From positions 1,007 through 65,006 of IMG/VR virus record IMGVR_UViG_3300022177_000070: a stretch of 64,000 nt of DNA, one strand, 5' to 3'. A program made the position numbers and the translations under genes. This stretch comes from a virus. Below, piece by piece: positions 1-7,342 of the stretch (position 1 is the stretch's first letter; each line of letters begins with the position of its first letter). Under the pieces are notes generated by a model. The model had not been told where the DNA came from. It did no database searches and saw nothing but the letters and a program-made list of their open reading frames with translations.

Positions 1-376
1 TCAATGCGACCAGGGCCTTGTTGGCGCTGGCGTGGGTCTTAGTGTTGGCGATGTGGGTGATCCGGTCGGTAATCATATCCACAGTGATCTCGTCCAGCAT
101 TAGGTCTCGCCAGTCGGCAAAATACCTAAGCCTGGCGATGTTGTCCTTGAAGTGTTTGGGTGTGGTGCGGGCCTTTAATGATTCAAGGCGTCTATAAACG
201 GCTACGGAAAACGCCAAGCGGGTCGTCAATTTCTTCAGCTTGACCCGCAACTCGGCTTCGGCCTGCTCGGCCTCGGCTCGGGTGGCAAACCCGTACTCGC
301 GATACAGCTTCCCCCCCGACTTGAACTTGAAGTACCAGGGGTTGAACTCTCTCTCTTTCCGCCTCAAGACAGTCAT
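1..376 (-). CDS. Phage integrase (tyrosine recombinase), N-terminal part; runs off left edge
   Basis: Hand translation from ATG at 376: MTVLRRKEREFNPWYFKFKSGGKLYREYGFATRAEAEQAEAELR...THASANKALVAL. Resembles arm-binding plus core-binding domains. Absent from the ORF track because there is no stop in the window; catalytic domain not visible. Confidence 0.7.
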   Translation of the reverse strand, partial: MTVLRRKEREFNPWYFKFKSGGKLYREYGFATRAEAEQAEAELRVKLKKLTTRLAFSVAVYRRLESLKARTTPKHFKDNIARLRYFADWRDLMLDEITVDMITDRITHIANTKTHASANKALVAL

Positions 377-536
377 AAATAACCCTCCGAAAGAATTTTA
401 GAGGGCCAAACGCCTTGGTTCCTCCCAGGCGCTCCGCGTTTTTGCGAATCCACCAGGGGGAGACCCCTAAAATCCGCGCCGCCTCTTGAGGGGAAATTAA
501 CTCGCTATCGCCCATGTTGCAATACTTTTTACTCAC
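192..536 (-). CDS. Excisionase-like HTH protein (likely start 515)
   Basis: ISPQEAARILGVSPWWIRKNA HTH motif; directly upstream of and overlapping the integrase. Confidence 0.65.
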   Translation of the reverse strand: MSKKYCNMGDSELISPQEAARILGVSPWWIRKNAERLGGTKAFGPLKFFRRVIYDCLEAERERVQPLVLQVQVGGEAVSRVRVCHPSRGRAGRSRVAGQAEEIDDPLGVFRSRL

Positions 537-744
537 AAGAAATTGTCAGAAGCCCAGCGTTTTCAAGGGCTTTTTGGAGGCCCCACGGTCGGGGAAAACC
601 CTCAAAGGGAAAGTTGACTTCCCAGCACTCCTTGACATGCTCGATTGCCGCCTGCGCCACGGCCCGCAGCGCCTCAAGCTCAGTCTCAGCAGGGACCGCC
701 GGGCCGTTGCACACGGTCCACCTCCCGCTCCTGAATGTTTCCAT
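529..744 (-). CDS. Hypothetical phage protein
   Basis: ORF track 529..768, likely start METFRSG; part of a tightly packed leftward operon. Confidence 0.45.
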   Translation of the reverse strand: METFRSGRWTVCNGPAVPAETELEALRAVAQAAIEHVKECWEVNFPFEGFPRPWGLQKALENAGLLTISCE

Positions 745-964
745 AGAAGACCTCGGCCTGATGGCCAAAGGTCTCTTCCAATTCTTCGATCAAGGGCCGG
801 ACCCGCTCTTCTCTCAGGTCGATTCTGGAGGTCAGTTGACCGCCGCGCTGGCCGTTTTTGAGCATGATGAAGCCATGCACCTGGGCCGACGGAAAGCTCC
901 CCAGGCTAATGGAGATGCTTTCCACCAGGACTTCGACCGGGATTTTGATTTGATGTTCTGGCAA
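686..964 (-). CDS. Hypothetical phage protein
   Basis: 92 aa ORF in operon context. Confidence 0.5.
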   Translation of the reverse strand: MPEHQIKIPVEVLVESISISLGSFPSAQVHGFIMLKNGQRGGQLTSRIDLREERVRPLIEELEETFGHQAEVFYGNIQEREVDRVQRPGGPC

Positions 965-976
965 GGCATTGCTCCT

Positions 977-1195
977 TTATTGGAGTAGGTGTCCGGAGGT
1001 GAAGGGGGCGGTATTGGGCATCTTGATTTCGTGATGCAGGGTGCCCCCCTTCCACCTTTGATCTTCCCAATCGTACCAAGCGCCGCACAGGAGACACTTG
1101 ATGACCTTGCGGCAGTTGCCGGGCTTAATGCCGTGGCCGGTTAGATCGTGATCGCAACTGGTGTACCCAAGTTCGGCGAGCGTCGGCATGGTCAC
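977..1195 (-). CDS. Small Cys-rich (Zn-ribbon-like) protein
   Basis: CDH and CLLCGAWY motifs; overlaps the stop of the upstream gene. Confidence 0.5.
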   Translation of the reverse strand: MTMPTLAELGYTSCDHDLTGHGIKPGNCRKVIKCLLCGAWYDWEDQRWKGGTLHHEIKMPNTAPFTSGHLLQ

Positions 1196-1443
1196 ACCTT
1201 CTTATAGGTCTCGGCGCTCAAGGTCCCGCCGGTGTTGGTGACGATCATCATTTCGCCGTCGCCGATGCTGGCCAACTCCACCAGGAAGGGCATTATCAGT
1301 TCTCGGGCAGCCTTAACCGCGGCCACGGCGTCCTCGGCAATGGGTGTTTTTGACAAGAAATCTTGCACATCCTGCTTTAAGGCCGACATCCTTTTCGCTC
1401 CCTCAAACCACGGTTCATTAAACCAGTTGTCAAACCAGCCCAT
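1192..1443 (-). CDS. Hypothetical phage protein
   Basis: 83 aa ORF in operon context. Confidence 0.5.
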   Translation of the reverse strand: MGWFDNWFNEPWFEGAKRMSALKQDVQDFLSKTPIAEDAVAAVKAARELIMPFLVELASIGDGEMMIVTNTGGTLSAETYKKV

Positions 1444-1449
1444 AGCAAC

Positions 1450-1638
1450 CTACGGCATGGGCGCGAACGTGAAGACCTCAATGCCGCCCATAGCGTCGAA
1501 ACACTTTTCGCAGATGTCGGCCTCACGTTCGCACTCGCCCATGTCACGAATCACCCGATAGGCAGGCTTCCCTTTGCCGTCGTTCAGGGAACACCAGAAG
1601 CACTTGCCAGAAGGCTCGACTACCCTTTTGACCGGCAT
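1450..1638 (-). CDS. Small zinc-finger protein
   Basis: CFWC...CEKC motif pair. Confidence 0.5.
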   Translation of the reverse strand: MPVKRVVEPSGKCFWCSLNDGKGKPAYRVIRDMGECEREADICEKCFDAMGGIEVFTFAPMP

Positions 1639-1790
1639 GTGTTCCCCTTCTTGGCTCGGCGGCGGGCCTTCTTGGAGGGTGGCTTCGGCTCCTTCCGGCG
1701 TACAGACCCGTCGGCCTGGACCTCCAGGTGGGTTCCATCTTTATATCTCCAGGTGACTCCTGGGGTGTGGTAGCTGGGTGTCCGGTTCAT
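1620..1790 (-). CDS. Small basic hypothetical protein (56 aa)
   Basis: Hand-translated MNRTPSYHTPGVTWRYKDGTHLEVQADGSVRRKEPK...; ATG overlaps the thyX stop and the ORF fills the gap. Confidence 0.45.
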   Translation of the reverse strand: MNRTPSYHTPGVTWRYKDGTHLEVQADGSVRRKEPKPPSKKARRRAKKGNTCRSKG

Positions 1791-2434
1791 TACCACTCCA
1801 CCAACTCATTGAATATGAACGGAACCTTGCCCCTGAAGTCTTCCAAGAGAGGCTTCATCAGTTCCCGAATTTGCGGGTGGGCAGCCCTGGAGCAACGTAA
1901 CTGGAGAATGTGCGCCCATTCCCGCAGGTTGGCCGTAACCACAATCTCGGTCTTGAGGCTGTTGGGCAAGACGGCCCTGGCCTGCTCAGGACGCCAACCC
2001 TGTTTGAGCAACGTCTTGTAAGAAGCTTCGGCGCAGAGCATTTGGGCCAGCCAGATACGCTCCGGGTCCGTCGGACTGTCGGGCACGGCCCCGTGTTGGC
2101 CCAGCACGTCAGAAGAACACCAGACCGGGCGAATCAGCTTCACATGGCCATTGCCGTAGTTGCAGTACCGGGTGGATTCTTGGCTGAAGGCGCAGAGCCG
2201 GTGCCGGACGAGTTCGTGGGTGACGCCGCGGTCGGTGGTGAACCGCACGGAAGCACTGACATGCTCAATCACCGACAGGTGGCCCCGGCGCACAATGCGT
2301 TCTACAAACTCTTTGCTACTGCCGGGCCGGGCAAGCTCTTCGCTCTTGTAGCAAGTCCGACCAGCAGTTTCGATGATCTCCAGGGCCGAAATGGGCACCT
2401 GCTCCCACTGGTAATATTGTTCAATGACTTCCAT
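1790..2434 (-). CDS. thyX: Flavin-dependent thymidylate synthase
   Basis: THELVRHRLCAFSQESTRY signature, GHLSVIEH, ARAVLPNS, NLREWAH, AHPQIR. Confidence 0.95.
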   Translation of the reverse strand: MEVIEQYYQWEQVPISALEIIETAGRTCYKSEELARPGSSKEFVERIVRRGHLSVIEHVSASVRFTTDRGVTHELVRHRLCAFSQESTRYCNYGNGHVKLIRPVWCSSDVLGQHGAVPDSPTDPERIWLAQMLCAEASYKTLLKQGWRPEQARAVLPNSLKTEIVVTANLREWAHILQLRCSRAAHPQIRELMKPLLEDFRGKVPFIFNELVEW

Positions 2435-2446
2435 GCAGTCTTCCTC

Positions 2447-2791
2447 CTATCTTTTGTCGCCGCTACCCTGAATCACCCCCCGGCGCGCCCGGTCGTCCAG
2501 CTTCTCCAGGTTGACTCGGGCAACCGTGGCCAGGTCCAGGCCAAGCTCGGTGCAAAGGGCGGCAAGATACCACAAGACGTCCCCCAATTCATCGGCAAGG
2601 CATTCCCTGGTCTGTTGGGTCACAAAATTATTGTGGTCACGCATGACCTTTTTTATGATGTTCAGCGTTTCACCGGCTTCTGCTCCCAGACCCAAGGCTG
2701 GGTAATAGATACCGCGGGGATAGGCTGCCGTGGTGAGCGCGAGGCGTTGATAGTCCTTGAAATTTAGCTCAAAGGGGATTTCATTGGGCAT
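2447..2791 (-). CDS. MazG-like NTP pyrophosphohydrolase
   Basis: LGLGAEAGE...KK and ELGDVLWYLAAL...NLEKL motifs; likely start MPNEIPF at 2791. Confidence 0.85.
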   Translation of the reverse strand: MPNEIPFELNFKDYQRLALTTAAYPRGIYYPALGLGAEAGETLNIIKKVMRDHNNFVTQQTRECLADELGDVLWYLAALCTELGLDLATVARVNLEKLDDRARRGVIQGSGDKR

Positions 2792-2810
2792 AGAGTTTAT
2801 CCACCATTCT

Positions 2811-3569
2811 TTAAGCAGCCTGATAATCTCCCAACATAAGATTCTTAGGCTTCTTCGTGGCAATAACAATTGCCAATGATTTGTTGGAAATTTTAAGAGA
2901 TAGCCCTACATAAATACCCCAATCCTCACCGGCCTCGATGCCCCCACCGGCCTCGATGCCCCCACCGGCCTTGATGCCCCAACCAGCCTCGATGCCCCCA
3001 CCGGCCTCGATGCCCTCACCGGCCTCGATGCCCCCACCGGCCTCGATGCCCCCACCGGCCTCGATGCCCTCACCGGCCTTGATGCCCCAACCAGCCTCGA
3101 TGCCCCCACCGGCCTTGATGCCCCCACCAGCCTCGATGCCCCCACCGGCCTCGATGCCCCCACCGGCCTCGATGCCCCAACCAGCCTCGATGCCCTCACC
3201 GGCCTTGATGCCCTCACCGGCCTCGATGCCCCCACCGGCCTCGATGCCCCAACCAGCCTCGATGCCCCCACCGGCCTCGATGCCCCCACCGGCCTCGATT
3301 GATTTGGATATCCTTATTCTCCCCGACACTCGTATTGTGCCAGCATAAAAAATATTCCCGTCTATCACCAGGTCGCCAGCTATTTCCATGACAGAATCAA
3401 TAAGTCCAGCAGTTTTGAGCAACCAGAGACCCCAATCAACCCTGTTATCTGCGGCCAACCCGTCTAAGACATCCTGATAATTGCCACCTTCAGGAAAATT
3501 AGACCTAAACCATTCAATTCCGCCGACGCAGGCTCTTTTTTCTTTTAACCATTCAACTGTAATTTGCAT
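2811..3569 (-). CDS. Hexapeptide-repeat (I[EK]AG[GEW]G) protein, predicted beta-solenoid
   Basis: 21 tandem hexapeptides between a unique N-terminal domain (ITVEWLKEKRACVGGIEWF) and a short C-terminal cap. Confidence 0.8.
   Translation of the reverse strand: MQITVEWLKEKRACVGGIEWFRSNFPEGGNYQDVLDGLAADNRVDWGLWLLKTAGLIDSVMEIAGDLVIDGNIFYAGTIRVSGRIRISKSIEAGGGIEAGGGIEAGWGIEAGGGIEAGEGIKAGEGIEAGWGIEAGGGIEAGGGIEAGGGIKAGGGIEAGWGIKAGEGIEAGGGIEAGGGIEAGEGIEAGGGIEAGWGIKAGGGIEAGGGIEAGEDWGIYVGLSLKISNKSLAIVIATKKPKNLMLGDYQAA
2922..3299. repeat. 18-bp coding tandem repeat, 21 units
   Basis: Unit ccggcctcgatgccccca with variants and no spacers. Confidence 0.95.
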
Positions 3570-3573
3570 TTTG

Positions 3574-4101
3574 TTATACCTCTGTGGTGGTAGAGCGGAC
3601 GAAGCCGCGAACTATCAGGTTGCTGTGCTGGAGAAGGTACTTCGATTTCTCGTCGTAGTACTCCAGGTCCACCACCACAACCTCTTTAACCCCGGCGTTG
3701 ATGATCTCGATCAGGCAGTCGCCGCAAGGAATTGTCGTGTCCAAGTAGAGGGTGGCCCCCTTGGTTCGGATGCCCAGGCGGGCGGCTTGAATCAGGCAGT
3801 TGCGCTCGGCGTGGGCGGCAATGCACAGATGGAGACCTTCGCCCGATTTGTAGCCCAGCAGTTGCCGGGGACACATCTTCTCGTGTTCCTGAAACTCCAG
3901 GCCCTCCACAATCAATTTCTTGAGGATCGGATCACATTCGTACCGCTCGGCACAGTGCGGGACCCCCCGCGGCGGGCCGTTGTAGCCGGTACAGACCACC
4001 ACATTGTCCACGGCCAAGACGGCCCCAATCTTCCGCGACAAGCACTTGCTGCGGGAACCGACCACATGGCAGATGTTGAGGAAGTATTCATCCCAGGTCA
4101 T
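3574..4101 (-). CDS. dCMP deaminase
   Basis: SKCLSRKIGAVL, GYNGPPRG, HAERN and PCGDC zinc-deaminase motifs. Confidence 0.92.
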   Translation of the reverse strand: MTWDEYFLNICHVVGSRSKCLSRKIGAVLAVDNVVVCTGYNGPPRGVPHCAERYECDPILKKLIVEGLEFQEHEKMCPRQLLGYKSGEGLHLCIAAHAERNCLIQAARLGIRTKGATLYLDTTIPCGDCLIEIINAGVKEVVVVDLEYYDEKSKYLLQHSNLIVRGFVRSTTTEV

Positions 4102-4524
4102 ATTTTTTCCTTATTTGAGGTGGCCCCTGTCTCGTCGGGGCCATACGGTGCGGGTGATTAGCCTGGGTGACATTGGCAACGGTGCCCCGCCCAAAACCTT
4201 GACTCTCTGGATAAGGAGAGCATCACCCTTAAACCGCCCCATACAGGACGCCGGAGGATATCGGGGCGACCGGGGGACATCTTTTTAAGGGCTCTGCAAT
4301 TTGTCCAGATGGGCGTCACAGTGGTTCATGAGGTCAATGGCCTTGGTGGCCCTCGACATGATGCCGGTGGCCGGGGTCCGCGTCTTGTTGGTCGGGCCGT
4401 TCTGCGCCTCCGTGCTGGCGGCGTCCACGAGTTCGATCAGATTGGTCCGAATGGTATTGGATTCATGCCCATGCGATAGGGGTGTAGGGGGCAGTATTGC
4501 TGATCGCAAAGTCGCACCGCCTTG

Positions 4525-4872
4525 GGCCCCCCAACGCACTGCATCCAGAAAAGCCTCGAGTTTGTCCGTCGAGTCCCAGCCGGTTATTTTGGGAAGTCCA
4601 GCCCGTTCCAGAACCCGAGCACCCGGTTCCAATTCCCACAAGACTTGCAAGCTTTCGCCTAAGGAATCCTCGTCAAGCGAGCCAAGTGTGACCAGGTGTT
4701 GCTTTCCGTTCCCAACTGACGAGAAGGCCGATGCCTGAATATCGCTGACGACCCACTGGCGGCGTCGAACCTCGACTAGCTGACCTGGATCGGGTACCGA
4801 GCGACTCCAAACCCTTTCGGCAAGATCTTTTCGTCGTCTTCCAGAGATGTGCTCCGGCTCCTGCGTTGCCAT
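4525..4872 (-). pseudogene. drmD: N-terminal fragment of DISARM SNF2-like helicase DrmD; frame continues into unrelated sequence to 4285
   Basis: PDPGQLVEVRRRQWVVSD...LQVLWELEPGARVLERAGLP...LEAFLDAVRWGA matches the DrmD N-terminus as recalled. No helicase motifs follow. Confidence 0.75.
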
Positions 4873-4876
4873 TCTT

Positions 4877-5959
4877 TCACTTTCTTGTATGGAACTCGAC
4901 GTTCTCAAGTATGCTCAAACCTATAACCTTCCCAAGTTGGACCGGAACGGCGTTACCGATAAGTCTTCCTAACGATTTCTTATAGATTGGTGTACCAGGG
5001 GGTATGAAAACATAATCTCTTGGAAAACTCTGGAGGATCGCCCCTTCTCGCAAAGAAATGGCCCGGTTTTGTTCTGGATGGCCGAAGCGACCATTACCGA
5101 ATCCGAAAAATTGGGTAGTTATAGTGGGAGCGAGGTCGTCCCATGACATGCGGCCATATACACTGGGATATGTCTTACCAGTCCCCTTCATGTGACAGTC
5201 CGCTACCAGTGTTTTCCTCCATTCCCGCCATGTCCCACCTGGGCGCGATGCTTTAATGCGTGCCATGTTGATCCGAGTAAGCGCCGAAGCCTGATGCAAG
5301 GGGTCTTCCTTGTCTACCTCGCCAGCCTCCAGAGGGGGCAAATCACTGATTTTCTCGCGAACGGTCGAACGCTCGGAACCGAACTCGGATGGAGTTAGTA
5401 GACGAATCGGACCAAGTTGCGACGCCAGCAGGACCAGTCTTTGCCGCTGTTGGGGAATACCATAATCCGCACAGTTCACGATCCCATAAGTTACGTGATA
5501 GCAAGCATTCGCCAAGTCTTCGACAAAATGCTTAAAAACATCTCTTAACATTAACCTGGGAACGTTTTCCATGGTGACCAAATGAGGTGAGAGTTCCTTT
5601 ACGAGCCTTGAGAACTGATTTAGTAGCCACCATCGGTTGTCCGCGGAGGTAGCTTTCTGATTGTACGTGGAAAAAGTTTGACAAGGGGCACATCCTGCCA
5701 GAAGATGAATACCTCTCTTGGGGAACACCTTTGCGATATCTTGCGATTTTAAGTCCTCGACGGGCTTCAAAAGAAATTTAGCCTTATTGTTGGTCGTGTA
5801 AGGGAACTCGCAAGCCGGATCGACATCTATCCCGAGCCGGACATTGATACCGGTTTTCTCCAACCCGTGCGTGAGCCCACCTGCGCCACAGAATAGATCC
5901 ACAGCGTAGACTTCTCGATTGAGTTGCTTTCCCCTTCGAGTCGGCTCCTTGGGTTTCAT
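4877..5959 (-). CDS. dcm: DNA (cytosine-5)-methyltransferase
   Basis: Motif I DLFCGAGG, catalytic GCAPCQ, ENV, RQRL, SLREGAILQSFP, IGNAVP; likely start MKPKEPT at 5959. Confidence 0.95.
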   Translation of the reverse strand: MKPKEPTRRGKQLNREVYAVDLFCGAGGLTHGLEKTGINVRLGIDVDPACEFPYTTNNKAKFLLKPVEDLKSQDIAKVFPKRGIHLLAGCAPCQTFSTYNQKATSADNRWWLLNQFSRLVKELSPHLVTMENVPRLMLRDVFKHFVEDLANACYHVTYGIVNCADYGIPQQRQRLVLLASQLGPIRLLTPSEFGSERSTVREKISDLPPLEAGEVDKEDPLHQASALTRINMARIKASRPGGTWREWRKTLVADCHMKGTGKTYPSVYGRMSWDDLAPTITTQFFGFGNGRFGHPEQNRAISLREGAILQSFPRDYVFIPPGTPIYKKSLGRLIGNAVPVQLGKVIGLSILENVEFHTRK

Positions 5960-5979
5960 CTTTTCCGATTCCTGATTTC

Positions 5980-6063
5980 TTAGGCCTTCGAGTGGTCCAA
6001 GGCTGCACCACCGGCCTTCACCCATTCGTCGACTTCGTCTTTTTTGAATTTCCATAATCGCCC
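5980..6063 (-). pseudogene. C-terminal remnant of an excisionase-type HTH regulator (MAD1-like, typical of methylation-based defence loci)
   Basis: Hand translation GRLWKFKKDEVDEWVKAGGAALDHSKA*; N-terminal half missing and an in-frame stop lies just upstream. Confidence 0.7.
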
Positions 6064-6065
6064 CT

Positions 6066-6290
6066 TCAATCAGGTCCCTCATGGTTTGACTCCTTTTCGC
6101 TTATTGAGTGGGAGGTTTTGAGATTTCCAATGCGTCCTACACCGGCACGGTTGGGGTTGTTTCCCATCCGGTAGAAGTGTAGGGAGCAGTCAGCTTGGTC
6201 GCACTCCCGTACCAGCGACGGCTTGCCACAACAACACTCCAGGCATTTCAACCTGATGGCCTTGAGCGGAGTGGGCTGCTTGTCGCTCAT
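6066..6290 (-). CDS. Conserved small Cys-rich phage protein
   Basis: TPLKAIRLKCLECC...VREC...CSLHFYRMG pattern. Confidence 0.65.
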   Translation of the reverse strand: MSDKQPTPLKAIRLKCLECCCGKPSLVRECDQADCSLHFYRMGNNPNRAGVGRIGNLKTSHSISEKESNHEGPD

Positions 6291-6832
6291 GGACCGACGG
6301 GTGAAGCCTGAAAGGGAGAGGTAACGTGACCCTTGTTTTTGAGCAAGAACTCCATCTCCTGGTCCTGGTTCAGGCGCTCTTTTACCTCTTTCAGGCGACG
6401 TGCTTCTCGGTCTTCAACAATCCGTCTGATTCTTTTTATATCTTCAGGGCTTGGTATTTTTTTGCACAAGTCATTGTCGGTGGCTTCGGAAACAAAGCCG
6501 GTGCCATTGATTTCCGGATTCAAGAGCTTGCCCACGGCGAAGACCATGCGGCAGAGGGCGTGTTGCAGGTGCGGCTCCCCCAGGTCACCCGCCAGGTAGG
6601 CATAGATGTGGGCGAGACAGTGGTTCAAGTGGCTGTGCAAAGGTATGCCGTGCCAGTTGTTCTCGCCGTACTTGGCCGCGCCCTTGTGGGCGATTTGGGC
6701 CACCGCGGCCAGGGCGAAGGGGTCAAGCAGGTCATAGCGATAATTCACCGCCGACTGCATGGCACCATTCTCCAGGGTTTCCACCGGCATGTCGTCTGTG
6801 GGAAATAGCTTGTCCATCAGTCCTCCAGGCAC
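6287..6832 (-). CDS. dATP/dGTP diphosphohydrolase domain protein (DUF5664-like)
   Basis: RYDLL...GAAKYGENNW...HLNHCLAH...EPHLQHALC pattern. Confidence 0.8.
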   Translation of the reverse strand: MPGGLMDKLFPTDDMPVETLENGAMQSAVNYRYDLLDPFALAAVAQIAHKGAAKYGENNWHGIPLHSHLNHCLAHIYAYLAGDLGEPHLQHALCRMVFAVGKLLNPEINGTGFVSEATDNDLCKKIPSPEDIKRIRRIVEDREARRLKEVKERLNQDQEMEFLLKNKGHVTSPFQASPVGP

Positions 6833-7089
6833 TCGTAGATGGTTTCGTACATCAACTCCCTATTGAGAAGGATCAGTACGTCATGCAACATGGATAGCGC
6901 CGTCAGCACCGACCCCGCCCAGGTGATGTCGTAATGCTCATTACCTTCCGCGTCCAGAGAAGTGGCCGCAAAAACGACGGCTCCAGGGTTCTTCTCGGTG
7001 ACGTCGGCTATGGCCTTTTCCAAGGCTCCGGCGGTTTCGTTGAGCCGCGTTACCTTGGATTTTTTTGGACCATCTTTCACTTCGGTCAT
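6817..7089 (-). CDS. Hypothetical protein
   Basis: Likely start MTEVKDG within track ORF 6817..7191. Confidence 0.5.
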   Translation of the reverse strand: MTEVKDGPKKSKVTRLNETAGALEKAIADVTEKNPGAVVFAATSLDAEGNEHYDITWAGSVLTALSMLHDVLILLNRELMYETIYECLED

Positions 7090-7274
7090 TCGCCCCCCTT
7101 GGCTTGAACAATCAGGTCGTTGACTGACTGCCGACAAATCCACACGGCGCGGCCCAGCTTTATGCCGTCCAAGTCTTCGATGTTGTACCACCGATAAATG
7201 GTGGCTCGTGACACTCCCAGCATCTTGGCAGCTTCGGCGGGTCTCATGTAATTTTCGGGTATGGTTTGTTGCAT
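7086..7274 (-). CDS. Excisionase-type HTH DNA-binding protein
   Basis: MRPAEAAKMLGVSRATIYRW...IKLGRAVWICRQSV. Confidence 0.8.
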   Translation of the reverse strand: MQQTIPENYMRPAEAAKMLGVSRATIYRWYNIEDLDGIKLGRAVWICRQSVNDLIVQAKGGE

Positions 7275-7342
7275 TTACCCTACCTTTTAAAAGGGGTGCG
7301 CCGTCCCTGGCGCGGTGGCCGTCCCTGGCCGTGCCATCCTGG

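Noticed and set aside
2922-3299. CRISPR-like array
   Set aside because: Units are contiguous 18-mers with no unique spacers, they are in frame within a CDS, and no cas genes are present.
2906-3348. Alternative-frame repeat ORFs (GASRPV..., MPPPAS...)
   Set aside because: By-products of the stop-free 18-bp repeat; only the IEAGGG frame has unique flanking domains and fits the operon.
4519-6003. CCAAGGC inverted 7-mers as transposon ends of the MTase block
   Set aside because: Too short, no TSD, and the HTH remnant extends beyond the right copy.
4877-6082. Track start of the MTase at 6082 (401 aa)
   Set aside because: The extension overlaps the HTH remnant in another frame; motif I spacing favours ATG 5959.
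4285-6082. Functional DISARM or RM system
   Set aside because: drmD is truncated before any helicase motif, and no drmA/B/C or endonuclease is present.
6287-6832. Z-genome (2-aminoadenine) or 7-deazaguanine pathway
   Set aside because: Only a DUF5664-like gene is present; no PurZ, DpdA, FolE/QueD or phage polymerase in the window.
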